A stretch of 5,126 nucleotides of DNA from Breznakia sp. PF5-3 (GTDB taxonomy: Bacteria; Bacillota_I; Bacilli_A; Erysipelotrichales; Erysipelotrichaceae): positions 1 through 5,126 of the forward strand of contig NZ_JAQFIQ010000071.1 in assembly GCF_029504745.1 (NCBI RefSeq). Reading direction: 5' to 3'. A model generated the notes under the pieces. It saw nothing but the letters and a program-made list of their open reading frames with translations. It did not search any database and had not been told where the DNA came from. Both the position numbers and the translations under genes were made by a program. Of the stretch, positions 1-5,126 are shown piece by piece. The first letter of the stretch is position 1. Every line of letters begins with the position of its first letter.

Positions 1-39
1 AAAAAAAGCGTTGACAGGGGTAAATAGATTTGATATTAT
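1..39 (+). promoter_or_regulatory. Candidate rrn promoter (sigma-A/sigma-70 type) with an upstream A-tract
   Basis: A-tract aaaaaaa at 1-7 (UP-element-like). -35 TTGACA at 11-16. Exactly 17 nt of spacer (17-33). Extended -10 TGaTATTAT at 31-39, with hexamer TATTAT at 34-39 matching TATAAT at 5/6. Predicted start near g45/g46. It sits about 130 nt upstream of 16S on the same strand. An additional upstream promoter would lie outside the window. Confidence 0.6.
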
Positions 40-71
40 AAACAGGCACGGTCGAGAGCCGAGCAAGAGAA

Positions 72-99
72 TTAGATCTTTGAAAACTAAATAGGAAAC
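72..99 (+). promoter_or_regulatory. Leader boxA-like antitermination motif, also the 5' strand of the 16S processing stem
   Basis: gatctttgaaaact (75-88) closely matches the Gram-positive rrn boxA-like motif as I recall it from Bacillus (gttctttgaaaact). Positions 72-99 are complementary to 1762-1789 downstream of 16S: 28 positions with 25 Watson-Crick pairs, 2 G:U and 1 mismatch. Confidence 0.55.
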
Positions 100-171
100 G
101 TCAATTTCGAAACAAGAATTCACGGAAAACAAAAACACAAAACACGCAAAGAGTCGTGTTCATAAATGAGC

Positions 172-1734
<1,563 letters not shown>

Positions 1735-1761
1735 AAGGAGAAAGTACACAAAGAAAGCGAA

Positions 1762-1797
1762 GTTTCCTATTTAGTTTTGAAAGGTTTAACCTTTCAA
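1762..1797 (+). other. 3' strand of the 16S processing stem (1762-1789), overlapping a local hairpin (1777-1797)
   Basis: gtttcctatttagttttgaaaggtttaa pairs with 72-99. In the hairpin, ttgaaaggt (1777-1785) and acctttcaa (1789-1797) are perfect reverse complements with a 3-nt loop. Confidence 0.5.
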
Positions 1798-1809
1798 GAA
1801 ACAGAAGTA

Positions 1810-1834
1810 TAGATCTTTGAAAACTGAATAACAG
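1810..1834 (+). promoter_or_regulatory. Second boxA-like motif in the spacer, also the 5' strand of the 23S processing stem
   Basis: tagatctttgaaaact (1810-1825) is identical to 73-88. Positions 1810-1834 are complementary to 4982-5006 downstream of 23S: 25 positions with 21 Watson-Crick pairs, 3 G:U and 1 mismatch. Confidence 0.5.
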
Positions 1835-2040
1835 AAGACATCAGAAAAGAATTGTTATCAAAAAAATAAAACATGATCTTTTCGAATAGTTTGTAAGAAA
1901 ATAATCGAGAAAAACAGTCTCTTTTTAATTATGGGAATAATTAGAAAGAAAACAAAGTCAAAAACAAGACAGTTATCGAAAAAAATACGCTATAAACAAA
2001 CACACTAAATTCTTTTAAAAAGAGTAAGTAATTAGTAAGT

Positions 2041-4938
<2,898 letters not shown>

Positions 4939-5015
4939 ACAAAGAAAAGATAGGTTTTATAGAGAACAAGAAAGAAGTTGACTGTTATTTAGTTTTGAAG
5001 GATTTACCTTCAAGA
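4939..5015 (+). other. 23S-5S internal transcribed spacer
   Basis: A short A/T-rich interval between the 23S helix-1 3' strand and the 5S 5' end. It carries the 3' strand of the 23S processing stem and a hairpin. Confidence 0.8.
4982..5013 (+). other. 3' strand of the 23S processing stem (4982-5006), overlapping a local hairpin (4995-5013) just upstream of 5S
   Basis: ctgttatttagttttgaaggattta pairs with 1810-1834. In the hairpin, ttgaagg (4995-5001) and ccttcaa (5007-5013) are perfect reverse complements with the 5-nt loop attta. The module is homologous to 1768-1797. Confidence 0.45.
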
Positions 5016-5126
5016 TCTGGTGATGATGGCAAAGTGGTCACACCTGTTCCCATTTCGAACACAGAAGTTAAGCACTTTTACGGCGACAATAGCTAGGCTT
5101 GCTCTAGTGAAGATAGCAAATTGCCA
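5016..5126 (+). rRNA. rrf: 5S ribosomal RNA, truncated at the window edge (roughly 3-6 nt of the 3' end missing)
   Basis: tctggtgatgatggcaaagtggtcacacctgttcccatttcgaacacagaagttaagc aligns base for base with the Bacillus 5S 5' half. The 3' half, gaagatagcaaattgcca, resembles the Mycoplasma-type 5S sequence. The 5' ctggtgat can pair with 3' attgcca plus the missing g. Confidence 0.93.

Larger units (their letters stand above)
1735..2040 (+). other. 16S-23S internal transcribed spacer, A/T-rich, no tRNA
   Basis: It lies between the 16S 3' end and the 23S 5' end. No tRNA hallmarks are visible: no GGTTCGAnTCC-type T-arm and no acceptor/CCA-compatible cloverleaf. It is dominated by A-runs. Confidence 0.85.

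Noticed and set aside
49-61. boxB-like hairpin upstream of boxA (cggt cgaga gccg)
   Set aside because: It has only 4 bp including a G:U, which is too weak to call without comparative support. It is mentioned only as context in the promoter finding.
141-160. Leader hairpin aacacg/cgtgtt (6 bp, 8-nt loop) just upstream of 16S
   Set aside because: It is a real inverted repeat, but short and of unknown significance. It is probably ordinary leader secondary structure. It has no T-run, so it is not a terminator.
1931-2008. 25-codon + strand mini-ORF in the spacer encoding a very basic peptide (MGIIRKKTKSKTRQLSKKIRYKQTH)
   Set aside because: There is no Shine-Dalgarno sequence upstream (ctctttttaatt). 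The Lys/Arg richness follows directly from the A-rich spacer. It lies inside a processed rRNA precursor. A 7-codon ORF at 1873-1896 was rejected for the same reasons.
1735-2040. Possible tRNA-Ile/tRNA-Ala genes in the 16S-23S spacer
   Set aside because: I read through the spacer for a T-arm (ggttcgaatcc-like), a D-arm (agctcagttggt-like) and acceptor complementarity, and found none. The sequence is too A/T-rich and unstructured.
4978-5006. -35-like TTGACT (4978-4983) in the 23S-5S spacer as an internal promoter for 5S
   Set aside because: There is no acceptable -10 hexamer at 16-18 nt spacing (gattta/ggattt). The bases are better explained as the 3' strand of the 23S processing helix. Similar hexamer look-alikes in the A/T-rich 16S-23S spacer were dismissed as expected by chance.

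Overview
The whole window is one + strand ribosomal RNA operon from a low-GC Gram-positive bacterium. In order: a near-consensus sigma-A/sigma-70 promoter (about 1-39), a leader with a boxA-like motif, 16S rRNA (about 172-1734), a 306-nt A/T-rich spacer with no tRNA, 23S rRNA (about 2041-4938), a 77-nt spacer, and 5S rRNA (5016 to the window edge, missing only a few 3' nt). Several signatures point to Erysipelotrichia (Coprobacillaceae-like) or Mollicutes-related Bacillota: 16S ggaattttcgtcaatgggggaaaccctgaacgagcaatgccgcgtg, gcaaatagg...ccctagtag, gtcaaacc...ggttaagtcg, and a Mycoplasma-like 5S 3' half. I cannot name a genus without a database search. I find no supportable protein-coding gene. 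All ten ORFs in the track lie inside or antisense to rRNA and are artefacts. I see no mobile element, CRISPR array, intron or intervening sequence, and no evidence of a novel multi-gene system; this is core housekeeping DNA. Three things merit a second look. First, paired long-range processing-stem/boxA modules bracket 16S and 23S and share one conserved G-G mismatch. Second, local hairpins and a Shine-Dalgarno mimic could compete with those pairings. Third, two single-base departures from the E. coli and B. subtilis sequences sit at functionally important 23S positions: A at 2032 and C at 2555. All E. coli-numbering statements come from my remembered reference sequences and need a real alignment.
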